DNA of 64,000 nucleotides from an uncultured delta proteobacterium (GCA_963816145.1 CAWFJP010000030.1:384001-448000), one strand, 5' to 3'. Shown: positions 51,879 to 62,045, counted from the first letter of the stretch. The notes: generated by a model from the letters alone, not told the origin. Numbers and translations are program-made.

Positions 51879-52199
51879 TCAGATCATCTCCTTGAGCATA
51901 GATACCGCCTCCTCCACATGACTTTGGAAATAGCGCCGCATAATGTCCATGAGCTCGTTCAGCAGCGGATCGCGCAAAGAATAAAACACTTGGTTGCCTT
52001 CCTTGCGGCTGCTGACGATCTGTCGACCTCGGAGTATCGCTAGATGTTGCGACGCGTTGGCTTGCTCGATCGCCAAACGCTCGATGATGGTTCCCGCGGA
52101 CAATTCTCCGTCTCGCAACACTTCAAGGATGGCGATTCGGGTCGGATGGGCAAGGGCTTGAAAGATACTCGCTTTAAACTGTCTTAATGTTTCGGGCAT
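51879..52199 (-). CDS. ArsR/SmtB-family transcriptional regulator
   Basis: FKASIFQALAHPTRIAILE...SQHLAILR...RKEGNQVFYSL. Confidence 0.92.
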   Translation of the reverse strand: MPETLRQFKASIFQALAHPTRIAILEVLRDGELSAGTIIERLAIEQANASQHLAILRGRQIVSSRKEGNQVFYSLRDPLLNELMDIMRRYFQSHVEEAVSMLKEMI

Positions 52200-52243
52200 G
52201 ACGAAATCTCCGATAACTGCGATATTGGATATTGTAACGGCCA

Positions 52244-52275
52244 ATTAGTATATTCGCAATATCGAATATACTAAT
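52244..52275. promoter_or_regulatory. Probable ArsR operator, perfect 13-6-13 palindrome
   Basis: ATTAGTATATTCG-caatat-CGAATATACTAAT; degenerate second copy at 52213-52232 next to the start codon. Confidence 0.8.
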
Positions 52276-52392
52276 ATGATGGTTAAATACTCCTACCCTC
52301 TGGCACAATTAAATAACTCACGTATTTTCAATACCTTATGGATAAGGCTGTTAGACAGCGAGGGGTCGACGCTAAGCAATTTCATTAGTTCG

Positions 52393-52431
52393 AAAAGCAA
52401 AAGCCGAGAGAAGTCTCCCGGCTTTTGCTTT
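52393..52431 (-). terminator. Intrinsic terminator after the amidohydrolase gene (possibly bidirectional)
   Basis: AAAGCAAAAGCCG...CGGCTTTTGCTTT hairpin with T-rich ends on both strands. Confidence 0.75.
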
Positions 52432-52483
52432 GCCGCTGGCTTGAACTATTTGAACGTTTTGAATGGCTTGAACGCGTGTAAAT

Positions 52484-53566
52484 CTAAACCCGAAAAAACC
52501 GCTTGGCATTGAGTCCCAGCACCTTGGCCTTCTCATCGTGGGTCAAATCCGGCCGCTCGATGGTTTCGTGAATCATCTGCCTGGCGGCGATCAAGTCGAC
52601 CTCATGGGGATAGTCCGAGGCGTAAGCAAATCCATCGGCGCCGCACTGTTTGATGACGAAGGGCAATATCCATTCATTGCCCTCGACCCCGACCAGCACT
52701 TGGCCGCTTGAAAGATAGTCGTTGAGACTGCGCGCGTGACCGGTGCTAGTCGTGTAGACATTGTCGTCGCGGTCCATGCGGTCTTTCAACAACAGCACCC
52801 AAGCACAGCCGCCCTCGAAGAAACCGATATGCAGATCTTTGAAGCGGTCGAGCACGCCATGATAAACTAGCGAGACGAATTCCAGCGCCAACGGCACCGG
52901 ATGGCGCAGCACGCGTGAAGCCCAAGGGTCGGTAAAGGTATCCTGCCCAAGACCCACACCCGAACCGCCGTGGACACCGAGCACGCAGCCGAGACTAGCC
53001 GCCTCCTCGTAGATCGGCCAGTAGTAGTCGTGACCCAGATGCAGGGGCAGGCCGCGCGATGGCAACATGGCACCGGGCAGTTTTAGCTCCACCACCAAAC
53101 GGCGCAGCTCATTTCTCGCCGCATTGACATCTTGCATGGCAAGCAGTCCCATGGGGAACAGCCGCTTGTCGACTTTGCGGTAGCGCTCGGCGACATAGTC
53201 ATTGAAAGCGCGGCAGATCCGCGTCGCATAATCGGCCTGCTGGAAAAATCCCACCGACAAACCTTCCGAAGGAAACAACACGGCTTCGCTGACGCCGGCT
53301 TTTTCCAAGAATGCGACCCAGTCCTCGCCGGAGCCCTTGCGCTCGCTGCTGGCATCGACGCGGGGCCGGCGCGGCGGCTCAACCTCGCCGGATTTGCGCA
53401 CGTTGCGCGGGTAGTGAATATTGTCCAAGCTCGCGAACACACCCTGCCGATTGCGCACGGGTGTTAACGCAACCTCACGATCCACCGGATCGAGAAACTG
53501 CACCATCTCAGGAATCGATTCGATGATATGACCGTCGCAATCGAAGACCACAATGCTTTCCGCCAT
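52484..53566 (-). CDS. Amidohydrolase family 2 protein
   Basis: DCDGH, VLFPS, AFNDY, VH, FEGG, ASDYPH, LGLNA; GGAGG RBS. Confidence 0.9.
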   Translation of the reverse strand: MAESIVVFDCDGHIIESIPEMVQFLDPVDREVALTPVRNRQGVFASLDNIHYPRNVRKSGEVEPPRRPRVDASSERKGSGEDWVAFLEKAGVSEAVLFPSEGLSVGFFQQADYATRICRAFNDYVAERYRKVDKRLFPMGLLAMQDVNAARNELRRLVVELKLPGAMLPSRGLPLHLGHDYYWPIYEEAASLGCVLGVHGGSGVGLGQDTFTDPWASRVLRHPVPLALEFVSLVYHGVLDRFKDLHIGFFEGGCAWVLLLKDRMDRDDNVYTTSTGHARSLNDYLSSGQVLVGVEGNEWILPFVIKQCGADGFAYASDYPHEVDLIAARQMIHETIERPDLTHDEKAKVLGLNAKRFFRV

Positions 53567-53884
53567 TTGAATCCTCCGAAGAATTGATGATCTGGAATCA
53601 ATCTGTCTCTATCACAAAGTCGAATCAGCATGAAAGGCGTTGCCGATGACCATTGATAGCGACATCGGTACGCCGAGCCATCCGCTCATGCGCGACGTTT
53701 CGCATAGCCGAATAATTCTTGGTGGGAGGATTCGTCGTAAATCCTAGCTAAAACATGACAACGCGGGAACCCCAGGCAGTCACAGCGCGCCACAATCGAG
53801 TACCACAGCGATGATTACGTCAATCTCGCGCGGCTTTCTTGACATTCGCTGCCGATATGAATAAGTAACGTCGCCAAAAGCAAC

Positions 53885-54727
53885 ATGTACATGTCCAAAT
53901 ATCGCGCCCGATCTTGTCCCAAGTGCGGTTACTATCTTGGCTTCTCGATATCACAGCGGCTGCCTAAACCAGCCCAGGTCGCCGTGACTAATTTTTGCCT
54001 CAATTGCAACTACAAATTGCCTGTGGTTAGTATTGTCAGAGGGGTTCGGCGGACGCCGCGTCCGCCTAAGCGTGGGCTCTTGCGCTTGATTTCAGAGAGG
54101 GGTCGCGGTGCGGCGATGTCGTTCAACACCCACAAGCAGAGCAAATCCATGGGCAATGCTATCGGCAATACCGACTACGGCCGCCATCTGCGCGTCATCG
54201 GTCAGGACCTGGAGAACCTCCACTTCAGCAGATTTAATTTAGAATTTACCGGTGACGCCTACCTAGTCTGGGTAAGGTCAGAGTCGGCAACCGGAAACCA
54301 GAACCCCCTGTTGCGAATCAGCCGTAGCCGGCTACAAAAGCTGTGGAAAAATCGCACTGAGCTGCGCACTGTCGGTCACGAGGAAACCTATACCGACACC
54401 ACCGCGCAACCGGCCAGGCGCTTACGGTACTCACTCCAAGATCTCGACCGGATCGAGCGCGACCGGCGCCAGCTGCGACGCCGCCATAGCGGCAACGCCG
54501 ATGGTCATGGACTTTCGCAACTGCTGCGGACGATCGGTGAGTTGATCGAACAGCGCAACGAACGCCTGCTCGGCATTTCGTGGCAGGAACTTTCGATCAG
54601 TATGATTGTCGAAAATTCCCAGGGCCGCAAAGGAATCGATGTTTTCAGGCCCGACAATCTTTACGACCTTTGGGTGAAGATGTATCTGAAGCGGGACAAC
54701 CGGGCGATCTCCGACACGCCGCGCTAA
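53885..54727 (+). CDS. Hypothetical protein with N-terminal Zn-ribbon (CxxC...CxxC)
   Basis: CPKC...CLNC followed by a basic region with two LRxIG motifs. Confidence 0.55.
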   Translation: MYMSKYRARSCPKCGYYLGFSISQRLPKPAQVAVTNFCLNCNYKLPVVSIVRGVRRTPRPPKRGLLRLISERGRGAAMSFNTHKQSKSMGNAIGNTDYGRHLRVIGQDLENLHFSRFNLEFTGDAYLVWVRSESATGNQNPLLRISRSRLQKLWKNRTELRTVGHEETYTDTTAQPARRLRYSLQDLDRIERDRRQLRRRHSGNADGHGLSQLLRTIGELIEQRNERLLGISWQELSISMIVENSQGRKGIDVFRPDNLYDLWVKMYLKRDNRAISDTPR

Positions 54728-54762
54728 ATTCCCCGCGCGGCCGCACGGCACCGCCAACTATG

Positions 54763-56667
54763 CTATTTTTGCGCTAAACTAACGCTCGATGTTTCGATTC
54801 CGGTCGGCAGTAAAAGCTGCTCGTGCAATGCCACGCGTTTGTAGAGCGTTACCGGGATGCGCATGGTAAAAGTTGAGCCCTTTCCCGGTTCGCTGTCGAC
54901 GCAAATCTCGCCGCCAAGAATGTCCATGTATTTTTTGACGATGTAGAGCCCCAGCCCCACGCCGCCATGTTGCAGTACCAGATGAGCCTCGTGCAATTGG
55001 CGAAATTTCTCGAAAATCACCCCGCGCCGTTCGCTCGCCATGCCGATGCCTGTATCAGCGACCGTGAGTTCAAGAACCTTGGCCGGCGCTAAGTAATTCA
55101 GCGAGATCACCACGGACCCATGATCGGTGAACTTGACGGCATTGTTGATCAAGTTTTCGGCGATGCGCTTGAGCTTGGGCCGATCGCTTTGCACCGTCGG
55201 CAAGTCCGCCGGGTAGTCCCAGATGATTTTGACGTTCTTGGCCAGCGGGGAGTCGTACTCCGCGCGCAGCTCGGACATAAATTCCCAAAGATTGATCTCG
55301 TTCTTGGCGGCCCGCAGAGTTTCGGACTCGATGTCGCTCACTTGCAAAACTTTACTGATGAGACCGCCAAGCTCTGTCGACTGCCGCTCGATCGTCTCGA
55401 TCGCCTTCTCCTGAATTGGCGTCAGTTGTCCCAACATGCCTTGGTTGAACATGTCAGTGTAGCCCGAGATGACGTTCAACGGCGTCTTCAACTCGTTGGA
55501 AACCACCTTGAGAAACTCGTCTTTGATCTTGTGCGCATGACGCAGCTCTTCGGTCTGCTGCTGGCTTTGGCGGTACAACTGCGAGTGGTGAATCGCGATG
55601 GCGGCCTGCCCGGCCAGCGTCTTTAAAAACTCGATTTCTTCGGCACCGAAACTATGCTCTTCGCGGGCAGCATAAACGAGGCAACCGAGGTTCTGGCCGT
55701 TGGCCACTAAGGGCATTCCAAAAATCGACACCAACCCCTCTTTCTTAAAAAACTCCAGATTCTCGACACGCTCGTCGGTAAATACGTTGCGGACGATTAC
55801 GGGCTCAACGGCTTTCATGATCCCGTCTATAAAGCTGAGCGAATCCGCGTCCAACCGTTCCTTGGCATCGAAGCCCTTTGCGGCAACCATGTCGATCAAC
55901 TGGGATTGCGGGTCGCGGAGCCGAACTAACGCAGCGGCGTAGGGCAGATGGGTTAAGGTTTTCTCCAACAATGCATTCAGAATGCTTCTGGTTTCATTGG
56001 TCGAGGTCACAGCGGCGTTGACATCATGCATCGCCTCCAAGCGCTCGCGCTGGCGGCGCAGTTCTTCTGCGGCCCGCTGCTCGCGCCGCACCTCCTCCTC
56101 TTTCTCACGGGCCGCCCGGCGCATTCGGCCGACTTGCGCGAAGTAACCGTAAAATAGCGAGATGACGAATGGAAAGGGCAACTGGACGAAAAGCTCCGGC
56201 TCCAATACGGTCGACGAACTGAACAACGCGTAGGCGTAGAGCAGCGGCGCTAGAATCGTCACGACTAGGAGCCCTCGTGAGTCGTTGCAGATCAGACTCA
56301 AGACGACAGTGACGACACAGGCGATGTAAAAGTCCGGACTAGTCGCGCCGGTGGCGCTCAACATTACAATCAGCACCAAGGTGTCGAAGACCAGCAATGG
56401 CCCATAGAAATATGGCGAATCGAAAAAATCATCGGCCAAAAAATACAGCGTAGCGTGGCTCAACAAATAGAGACTCAGAATCACTTGGACCTGGGTCGCG
56501 GAAAGCCAGGCAACCTGCGCGTAGTAAAGTAGATAGGAGGACAGAATCACCAGCGGCCAGCGCAAACGGATAACCGTTTCTTTTCGCGCGACCCCGAAAA
56601 TGAAGTCGACATTCCACGGCCGTTGCTTGTTAGCGATTTCACCGCTGCGCATGGTCTGCATGATCAC
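54763..56667 (-). CDS. Membrane GAF sensor histidine-kinase-like protein; H-box His replaced by Asn
   Basis: TM N-terminus; GAF (MPLV...LAGQAAIAI); VSNELKTPLN; NLINNAVKFT, DTGIG, GVGLGL, GKGSTF. Confidence 0.88.
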   Translation of the reverse strand: MIMQTMRSGEIANKQRPWNVDFIFGVARKETVIRLRWPLVILSSYLLYYAQVAWLSATQVQVILSLYLLSHATLYFLADDFFDSPYFYGPLLVFDTLVLIVMLSATGATSPDFYIACVVTVVLSLICNDSRGLLVVTILAPLLYAYALFSSSTVLEPELFVQLPFPFVISLFYGYFAQVGRMRRAAREKEEEVRREQRAAEELRRQRERLEAMHDVNAAVTSTNETRSILNALLEKTLTHLPYAAALVRLRDPQSQLIDMVAAKGFDAKERLDADSLSFIDGIMKAVEPVIVRNVFTDERVENLEFFKKEGLVSIFGMPLVANGQNLGCLVYAAREEHSFGAEEIEFLKTLAGQAAIAIHHSQLYRQSQQQTEELRHAHKIKDEFLKVVSNELKTPLNVISGYTDMFNQGMLGQLTPIQEKAIETIERQSTELGGLISKVLQVSDIESETLRAAKNEINLWEFMSELRAEYDSPLAKNVKIIWDYPADLPTVQSDRPKLKRIAENLINNAVKFTDHGSVVISLNYLAPAKVLELTVADTGIGMASERRGVIFEKFRQLHEAHLVLQHGGVGLGLYIVKKYMDILGGEICVDSEPGKGSTFTMRIPVTLYKRVALHEQLLLPTGIETSSVSLAQK

Positions 56668-56947
56668 TGTCGATGCTCTTTAAGATGAACTTGAACCCTC
56701 GGTAAGAATTGACAGCACATCACGTGCCATTGGCTCGAGTGGTCATTAAACGACCGGCAGCGGTGAAATTTGTCTCGAATTGTCAATGACTTGACCATCG
56801 GCTGATTCAGCCGTGGGCTATACGCGCCAGCGACGCCGGACAATTTATACTGCGACGGCACAAAAATGTCGTAAGTTGCCTTCAGACCCCCGCAAGGACA
56901 GAAATGTTCAAAGTATGCAGGATCCTTCAGCCAGCAGGGTGTTTTGA

Positions 56948-57433
56948 CTAACTGGCAGCAGCGGCCAGCTTGATCTTTTCTTGGGCGGCGCGCACCGCGC
57001 GGAGGATTTCGGCATAGCCGGCACAGCGGCACAGATTACCCGCAAGATATTCTCGAATCTGATCATCGCTCGGATCGGCGTTTTCTTCTAACAGTGCTTT
57101 GACCGACAGCACGAAGCCCGGCGTACAGTAGGCGCACTGCAATGCGCGCTCTTCGACCCAAGCTCGCTGGATCGGATGGAGCGCATCACCGTCGCTCAAA
57201 CCTTCGAGCGTGAGGATCTCATGGCCGGTGGCGCGCGCTGCCAAGTGTAAACAGGCACTCACCGGCTTGCCATCGAGCAGTACCGTGCAGCTGCCGCACG
57301 CGCTGACACCGCAAGCTTCGCGCACGCTCCAAAGCTGGAAACGGTCGCGCAAGACTTCCAACAGAGTATCGGCGTCATCGATGACAAGCGAAACATCCCG
57401 CTGGTTAAGCCGTAAGTGAATCTCGCGTTTCAT
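56948..57433 (-). CDS. (2Fe-2S)-binding small subunit, xanthine dehydrogenase family (CoxS-like)
   Basis: CGVSACGSC...C, QCAYCTPG, NLCRCAGY. Confidence 0.92.
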   Translation of the reverse strand: MKREIHLRLNQRDVSLVIDDADTLLEVLRDRFQLWSVREACGVSACGSCTVLLDGKPVSACLHLAARATGHEILTLEGLSDGDALHPIQRAWVEERALQCAYCTPGFVLSVKALLEENADPSDDQIREYLAGNLCRCAGYAEILRAVRAAQEKIKLAAAAS

Positions 57434-57437
57434 GAAA

Positions 57438-59774
57438 TTAACCTCTGGATACTGTGACGCCGTTTTTCTCGGCTAAAGCGCGCAACACTCGCTCTGGCGT
57501 AATCGGCAGGTCGCGTATGCGCACGCCGACGGCGTCTTCGATCGCATTGGCGATCGCCGGTGCCACGGTTAAGGCACCGGTCTCTCCAGCCCCCTTGGCG
57601 CCGAAGGGCCCGTCCTCATGCGGCACCTGAACGATGATCGGGCGAACCAATTGCGGCATGTCTTTGATCGAGGCCACCTGATAGTCGAGCAACGAACCGT
57701 TGATCAGCTGGCCTTCGTCAAAGATCATTTCTTCGAACATCGTCAAGCCTAGATGCATCAGCGCGGCGCCCTGGAGTTGCTGCTCGCAATGGCGCGGGTT
57801 GATCGCCGTCCCGGTATCGCCGACGCTGTACAATTGCAGCACTTTCACGTGGCCGGTTTCAGTGTCGACTTCAACTTCGGCTGCCGTCGCCGATGGAAAC
57901 CAATATTCCGTACACTTTTCCGACTGGCCGGTTTCCGGATCCATATGCGCCGCCGTCGGCTGACACACCGCCTCGGCGGCCAGCGTCGTGCCGAGGCTGC
58001 CGAATTTGGCCAAGAATATCTCCCCGACAGTCATGCCGCGCTCTTCTAAACCGCGCACATAGATGCGGCCTTTCCCCGCGGTGAGATCATCCGGATCCAC
58101 TTCCAGTTTTGCTGCGACAACCTCGCATAACTGCGCTTTGACCTTGGCCGCGGCCAGGCGCACGGCATTGCCCATGTGATAGGTCGAACGGCTGCCGGCG
58201 GTGATGGTATCGTAGGGTGTAACGTCGGTGTCGGGTTGCACGATATGCACGCGATCGGCGGTGATACCAAGTTCCTCGGCGACGATCTGACTCATGGTCG
58301 TCTCAGATCCCTGCCCCATCTCCACCGTGCTGCTCAAGACATTGGCCGTGCCGTCGGCATTGAGAATGACGATGGCACCGGAAATCGACGGCGTCAGCAC
58401 CGCTTTGACTCCGGCGGCGATGCCTCGGCCGCGTCGCTTCGTGCCGCTTTGGCTTGGTTGGGGTTTCGACCATTCGATGGCTTGCGCAGCTTGACGGATC
58501 GCTTCTTTGATCCCGAACGAGCGCACCACAGTGCCGGTGGCGAACTTTTCACCCTCGTCCAGAGCCGGTCGCAAGCGAAACTCTACCGGGTCGACGCCGA
58601 GTGCGCGCGCGATCATGTCAGTCTGCGAATCATAGGCCCAGATGACTTGCGGCACGCCGAAGCCGCGAAACGCGCCGGCCGGCACCTTGTTGGTGTAGAC
58701 GCAATAAGAATCGATCCACACGTTGGGTATCTTGTAGGGCCCCGCCGAGGTGTAACCGGATTTGTGACCGATGCGCGGGCCGATTTCAGCATAGGCCCCG
58801 GTATCCCAATACACTTCGCATTTGCGCGCGGTGATTGTCCCGTTCTTGATCGCAGTTTTTATTTTGGTCACCACTTTGTGCTTGGTGATCGTCAGGAACT
58901 CTTCTTCCCGGGTCAGCGCGTAGCGCACCGGCTTCTTGGTGAGCAAAGCCAGCGCCGTTACCAGCGGTTCCAATTTGGCGTATAACTTCGCGCCATAGCC
59001 GCCGCCCAAATACGGCACCCGCACGCGAATCCGGTGCATCGGAATTCCGAAGGTGGCGGCAAGCTCGGTGCGCACGTAGGACGGGGATTGGCTCGCAGTC
59101 CAAACATTGAGCCGATTATGTTCATCCAAATAAACCAGCGTCACATGCGGCTCCATCGGCACATGCTGGGCCGGCGGTGAGCTAAACGTATCGTCAAAAA
59201 CTCGATCCGCTTCGGCAAACGCCTTGTCGACATCGCCGACGCGGAGTTTGAACTGATAACAAATATTGGACTGTTGTCCGGCTTTGACATGGGCCAAATC
59301 CGCGAAAGCCTTAGCCGGTCGATGCTGTTCATGAACCAGGGGCGCGTCCTTCTTGACTGCATCCAACACGTCAAAGATCGCCGGCAGCGGCTGGTAATCG
59401 ATCTCGACCAGCTGCAGCGCATCCTCGGCGGTCCGATGATCCGCGGCCGCCACCGCGACGACGGGATCGCCAACGTGGCAAACTCTGTCCACCGCGAGGA
59501 TCGGCTGATCGCGAAACGCCGGACCGAAGTGCGGATCGACCCCCGGCATCTTCGCGATATCGGCACCGGTGAGCACCGCGGCGACACCGGCCAACGCCGC
59601 GGCCTTGGATTTGTCGATGCGCAAAATCCGCGCGTGCGGGTAAGGACTTCGCAGCACAGCAACATGGAGCATTCCCGGCATCTCGATGTTGCCGACATGC
59701 AGCGCCCGCCCGGTGACTTTGGGGTTGGCGTCCTTGCGATAAACCGATTGCCCGACGACTGAAAAATTTGTCAT
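57438..59774 (-). CDS. Molybdopterin-binding large subunit, xanthine dehydrogenase family
   Basis: KVTG, GGGYGAK, AFRGFG, EMGQG, AGSR, GPFGAKGAGE. Confidence 0.92.
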   Translation of the reverse strand: MTNFSVVGQSVYRKDANPKVTGRALHVGNIEMPGMLHVAVLRSPYPHARILRIDKSKAAALAGVAAVLTGADIAKMPGVDPHFGPAFRDQPILAVDRVCHVGDPVVAVAAADHRTAEDALQLVEIDYQPLPAIFDVLDAVKKDAPLVHEQHRPAKAFADLAHVKAGQQSNICYQFKLRVGDVDKAFAEADRVFDDTFSSPPAQHVPMEPHVTLVYLDEHNRLNVWTASQSPSYVRTELAATFGIPMHRIRVRVPYLGGGYGAKLYAKLEPLVTALALLTKKPVRYALTREEEFLTITKHKVVTKIKTAIKNGTITARKCEVYWDTGAYAEIGPRIGHKSGYTSAGPYKIPNVWIDSYCVYTNKVPAGAFRGFGVPQVIWAYDSQTDMIARALGVDPVEFRLRPALDEGEKFATGTVVRSFGIKEAIRQAAQAIEWSKPQPSQSGTKRRGRGIAAGVKAVLTPSISGAIVILNADGTANVLSSTVEMGQGSETTMSQIVAEELGITADRVHIVQPDTDVTPYDTITAGSRSTYHMGNAVRLAAAKVKAQLCEVVAAKLEVDPDDLTAGKGRIYVRGLEERGMTVGEIFLAKFGSLGTTLAAEAVCQPTAAHMDPETGQSEKCTEYWFPSATAAEVEVDTETGHVKVLQLYSVGDTGTAINPRHCEQQLQGAALMHLGLTMFEEMIFDEGQLINGSLLDYQVASIKDMPQLVRPIIVQVPHEDGPFGAKGAGETGALTVAPAIANAIEDAVGVRIRDLPITPERVLRALAEKNGVTVSRG

Positions 59775-59778
59775 GAGT

Positions 59779-60633
59779 TTATCCGTTGACCTGCTCGAGC
59801 GCCTTTTGCGTAAACAGCCGCGCCATCTTGCGCTTGTACCAATCCGAGCCGCGCAAATCGGACGACGGCGAGATCTGTGCGTCGACCGCGGCGAGTATTT
59901 TGTCGATCACTGCGGCATCGACGACCTGGTCATGAGCGAACTCCAACCCGGAGATCAGCAGCGGCGTCGCCGCCACGCCGCCGAGCGCCAGACGCAATTG
60001 CTGACAGCGGCCGCCCTGCTTTTGCATGAACGCCGATACGCCGACACAGGGCCAGTCGTTGGCAGATAGGGTGCTGTAGCGCAGATAAACTGCGCGACTG
60101 TTAGCCGGCATTTGCGGGATTCTTACCTCGGTGAGAATCTCGCCCGGCTCCAGCGCCGTCTCGTACATGCCGCGAAAGAAATCTTTGAGCTCGATCGTGC
60201 GCGCGCCTTTCGGACCGATGGCTGAAACCGCGGCGCCGAGAACCAACAACGGCGGCGGCGGGTCCAAACGATAATCGGCGTGGGCGAGATTGCCGCCCAC
60301 CGACGCCGTCTGGCGCACCCGCACATTGCCGATATGGCTAAACGCCTCGGCGACGACCGGAAAAGCTTGACGGATCAGCGGCGACAGCTCGATCATTCGA
60401 TGCGTCGCCAGAGCGCCGAGTCGAACACCGTCGCGATCCTGCGTGATATGACTCAGTCCCGGAATCGTCTGCAGATCGACCAAATACGGATAGTGCAGCG
60501 CCCGCTGCTTCATCAAGATGACCAGCGTCGTGCCGCCGCCGATGGCGCGGGCGTCTTCGCCATGCATTTGTAGGAACTCCACGGCTTCGGGCAAGGATCG
60601 CGGCTGGAGTAGATCGAACGAGCGGATAGTCAT
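59779..60633 (-). CDS. FAD-binding medium subunit (CoxM-like)
   Basis: IGGGTTL, RLGAL, VRQTASVGGNL, DLRGS. Confidence 0.9.
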   Translation of the reverse strand: MTIRSFDLLQPRSLPEAVEFLQMHGEDARAIGGGTTLVILMKQRALHYPYLVDLQTIPGLSHITQDRDGVRLGALATHRMIELSPLIRQAFPVVAEAFSHIGNVRVRQTASVGGNLAHADYRLDPPPPLLVLGAAVSAIGPKGARTIELKDFFRGMYETALEPGEILTEVRIPQMPANSRAVYLRYSTLSANDWPCVGVSAFMQKQGGRCQQLRLALGGVAATPLLISGLEFAHDQVVDAAVIDKILAAVDAQISPSSDLRGSDWYKRKMARLFTQKALEQVNG

Positions 60634-60762
60634 TGGTATTCCTGAGTCGGTTTCGTTTCTATCCTTACGCTATTTCAGAATCAAGTTGACGGAGCACCAA
60701 AACGCATTTGACAGAACCACCCAACTCTGAGATGAATCGATTTTAATAGGAGGGCAAAGACG

Positions 60763-61575
60763 ATGTTTACGAGCATTAGACATATCGCGGTGATGACCGA
60801 GAACTGGAACCGCGAAGCAAGGTTTTATCAGACGATCTTCGGCATGAAAAAGATCACCAATGGCATGACCGACGAAAAAGGCGATTACAATCCCGAACGC
60901 GGCCATCTGAGCGACGGCGTCATCGGCCTGGCGCTACTGCAACGCCAGCCGGGCTTCAGGTCGGGCATGGACCATTTCGGCTTCGCGGTCGAAAGCGTCG
61001 ACCTAGTGCGCGAGCGGCTCAAACAGTCTTATCCCGACGTCAATATTCACCAAAGCCAAAGCCATGTGCCATTTGCCGGCCTGCGCGGCCACGATCCGGA
61101 CGGCAACCAGTACGATCTCTCGCAGATGGGTATGGCCAACGTGCGTGAAGGTTACGTCGAGTTTGGCTGGGAGCAGCCGCGCTGGATCAATCATATCTGC
61201 ATCCGCAGCGGCAGAACGGCGCATATCGCCGAGTTTTATCAAAAAGTTTTCGACCTGAAACCGGTGGAAGGCCTCTCCGGCGACAACAGTTATTACTTGA
61301 CCGACGGCAAGGTCAGTCTCGCGATCCGGCCGTGGAGCATGGTTACGCATCGCGGTTTTTACTCGGGCCTCGACCACTTCGGCTTTAAAGTCGACAACCT
61401 CGAACAAACCAAGAAAGATCTCGACGCCCTCGGCGCCGCCCATCCCGAATCGGCGGCGCGCCGCGTCGACATCGGCCGCGACGGCCCCAACCACATGAAA
61501 AACCTCGAGGCCTGCAAGCTATGCAAGCACGCCCTGTCCGATCCGGACGGCGTGCTGCTAGATTTGACGGACTGA
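60763..61575 (+). CDS. Two-domain VOC family protein
   Basis: IRHIA...MDHFGF...DPDGNQYDL; INHIC...LDHFGF...DPDGVLLDL. Confidence 0.85.
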   Translation: MFTSIRHIAVMTENWNREARFYQTIFGMKKITNGMTDEKGDYNPERGHLSDGVIGLALLQRQPGFRSGMDHFGFAVESVDLVRERLKQSYPDVNIHQSQSHVPFAGLRGHDPDGNQYDLSQMGMANVREGYVEFGWEQPRWINHICIRSGRTAHIAEFYQKVFDLKPVEGLSGDNSYYLTDGKVSLAIRPWSMVTHRGFYSGLDHFGFKVDNLEQTKKDLDALGAAHPESAARRVDIGRDGPNHMKNLEACKLCKHALSDPDGVLLDLTD

Positions 61576-61646
61576 GGGATCGAGGGGTCGCCAACCGTAG
61601 TGGAAGCTCTCGACTGGGGCTGAAGACAGATCGTTTGGGAGGAGCT

Positions 61647-61994
61647 ATGGAGTTTGCCAACATCAACGACACCATGCGGACGGCCAAGGATCAGGACAAA
61701 CGCTTCATGCCGCTTTTCGGCTCGGAGACTTTTCGCTCGTGGATCCTATATTTCCGCCCCGGCGAACACACCGACATGCATTTCCATATGTCACCGGAAA
61801 CTTTCCTTGTGCTGCAAGGCAAAGCGTCGGTCAAAGGCCTTAAGGGCGATGAGCGCGTGATCGGGCAGAACGAGATCGTTTTTTTCGGCGCCAAAGATTA
61901 TTATCAAATCACCAACGTCGGCGATGAACCGCTGGTGCTGGTCGGCAACCGTTCCGAAGCGTTCGGCGGCGCCCATGTGACCGCGAAAGAATAG
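61647..61994 (+). CDS. Small cupin-domain protein
   Basis: PGEHTDMHFH...ETFLVLQG...ITNVGDEPL; GGAGG RBS. Confidence 0.82.
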   Translation: MEFANINDTMRTAKDQDKRFMPLFGSETFRSWILYFRPGEHTDMHFHMSPETFLVLQGKASVKGLKGDERVIGQNEIVFFGAKDYYQITNVGDEPLVLVGNRSEAFGGAHVTAKE

Positions 61995-62045
61995 ACTCGG
62001 ATTATCTCCCGCAAAGACGCGAAGGCGCAAAGGTGACGGGATAAA

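Noticed and set aside
57438-59774. Aerobic CO dehydrogenase
   Set aside because: Active-site loop is AFRGFG, not AYxCSFR (form I) or AYxGAGR (form II)
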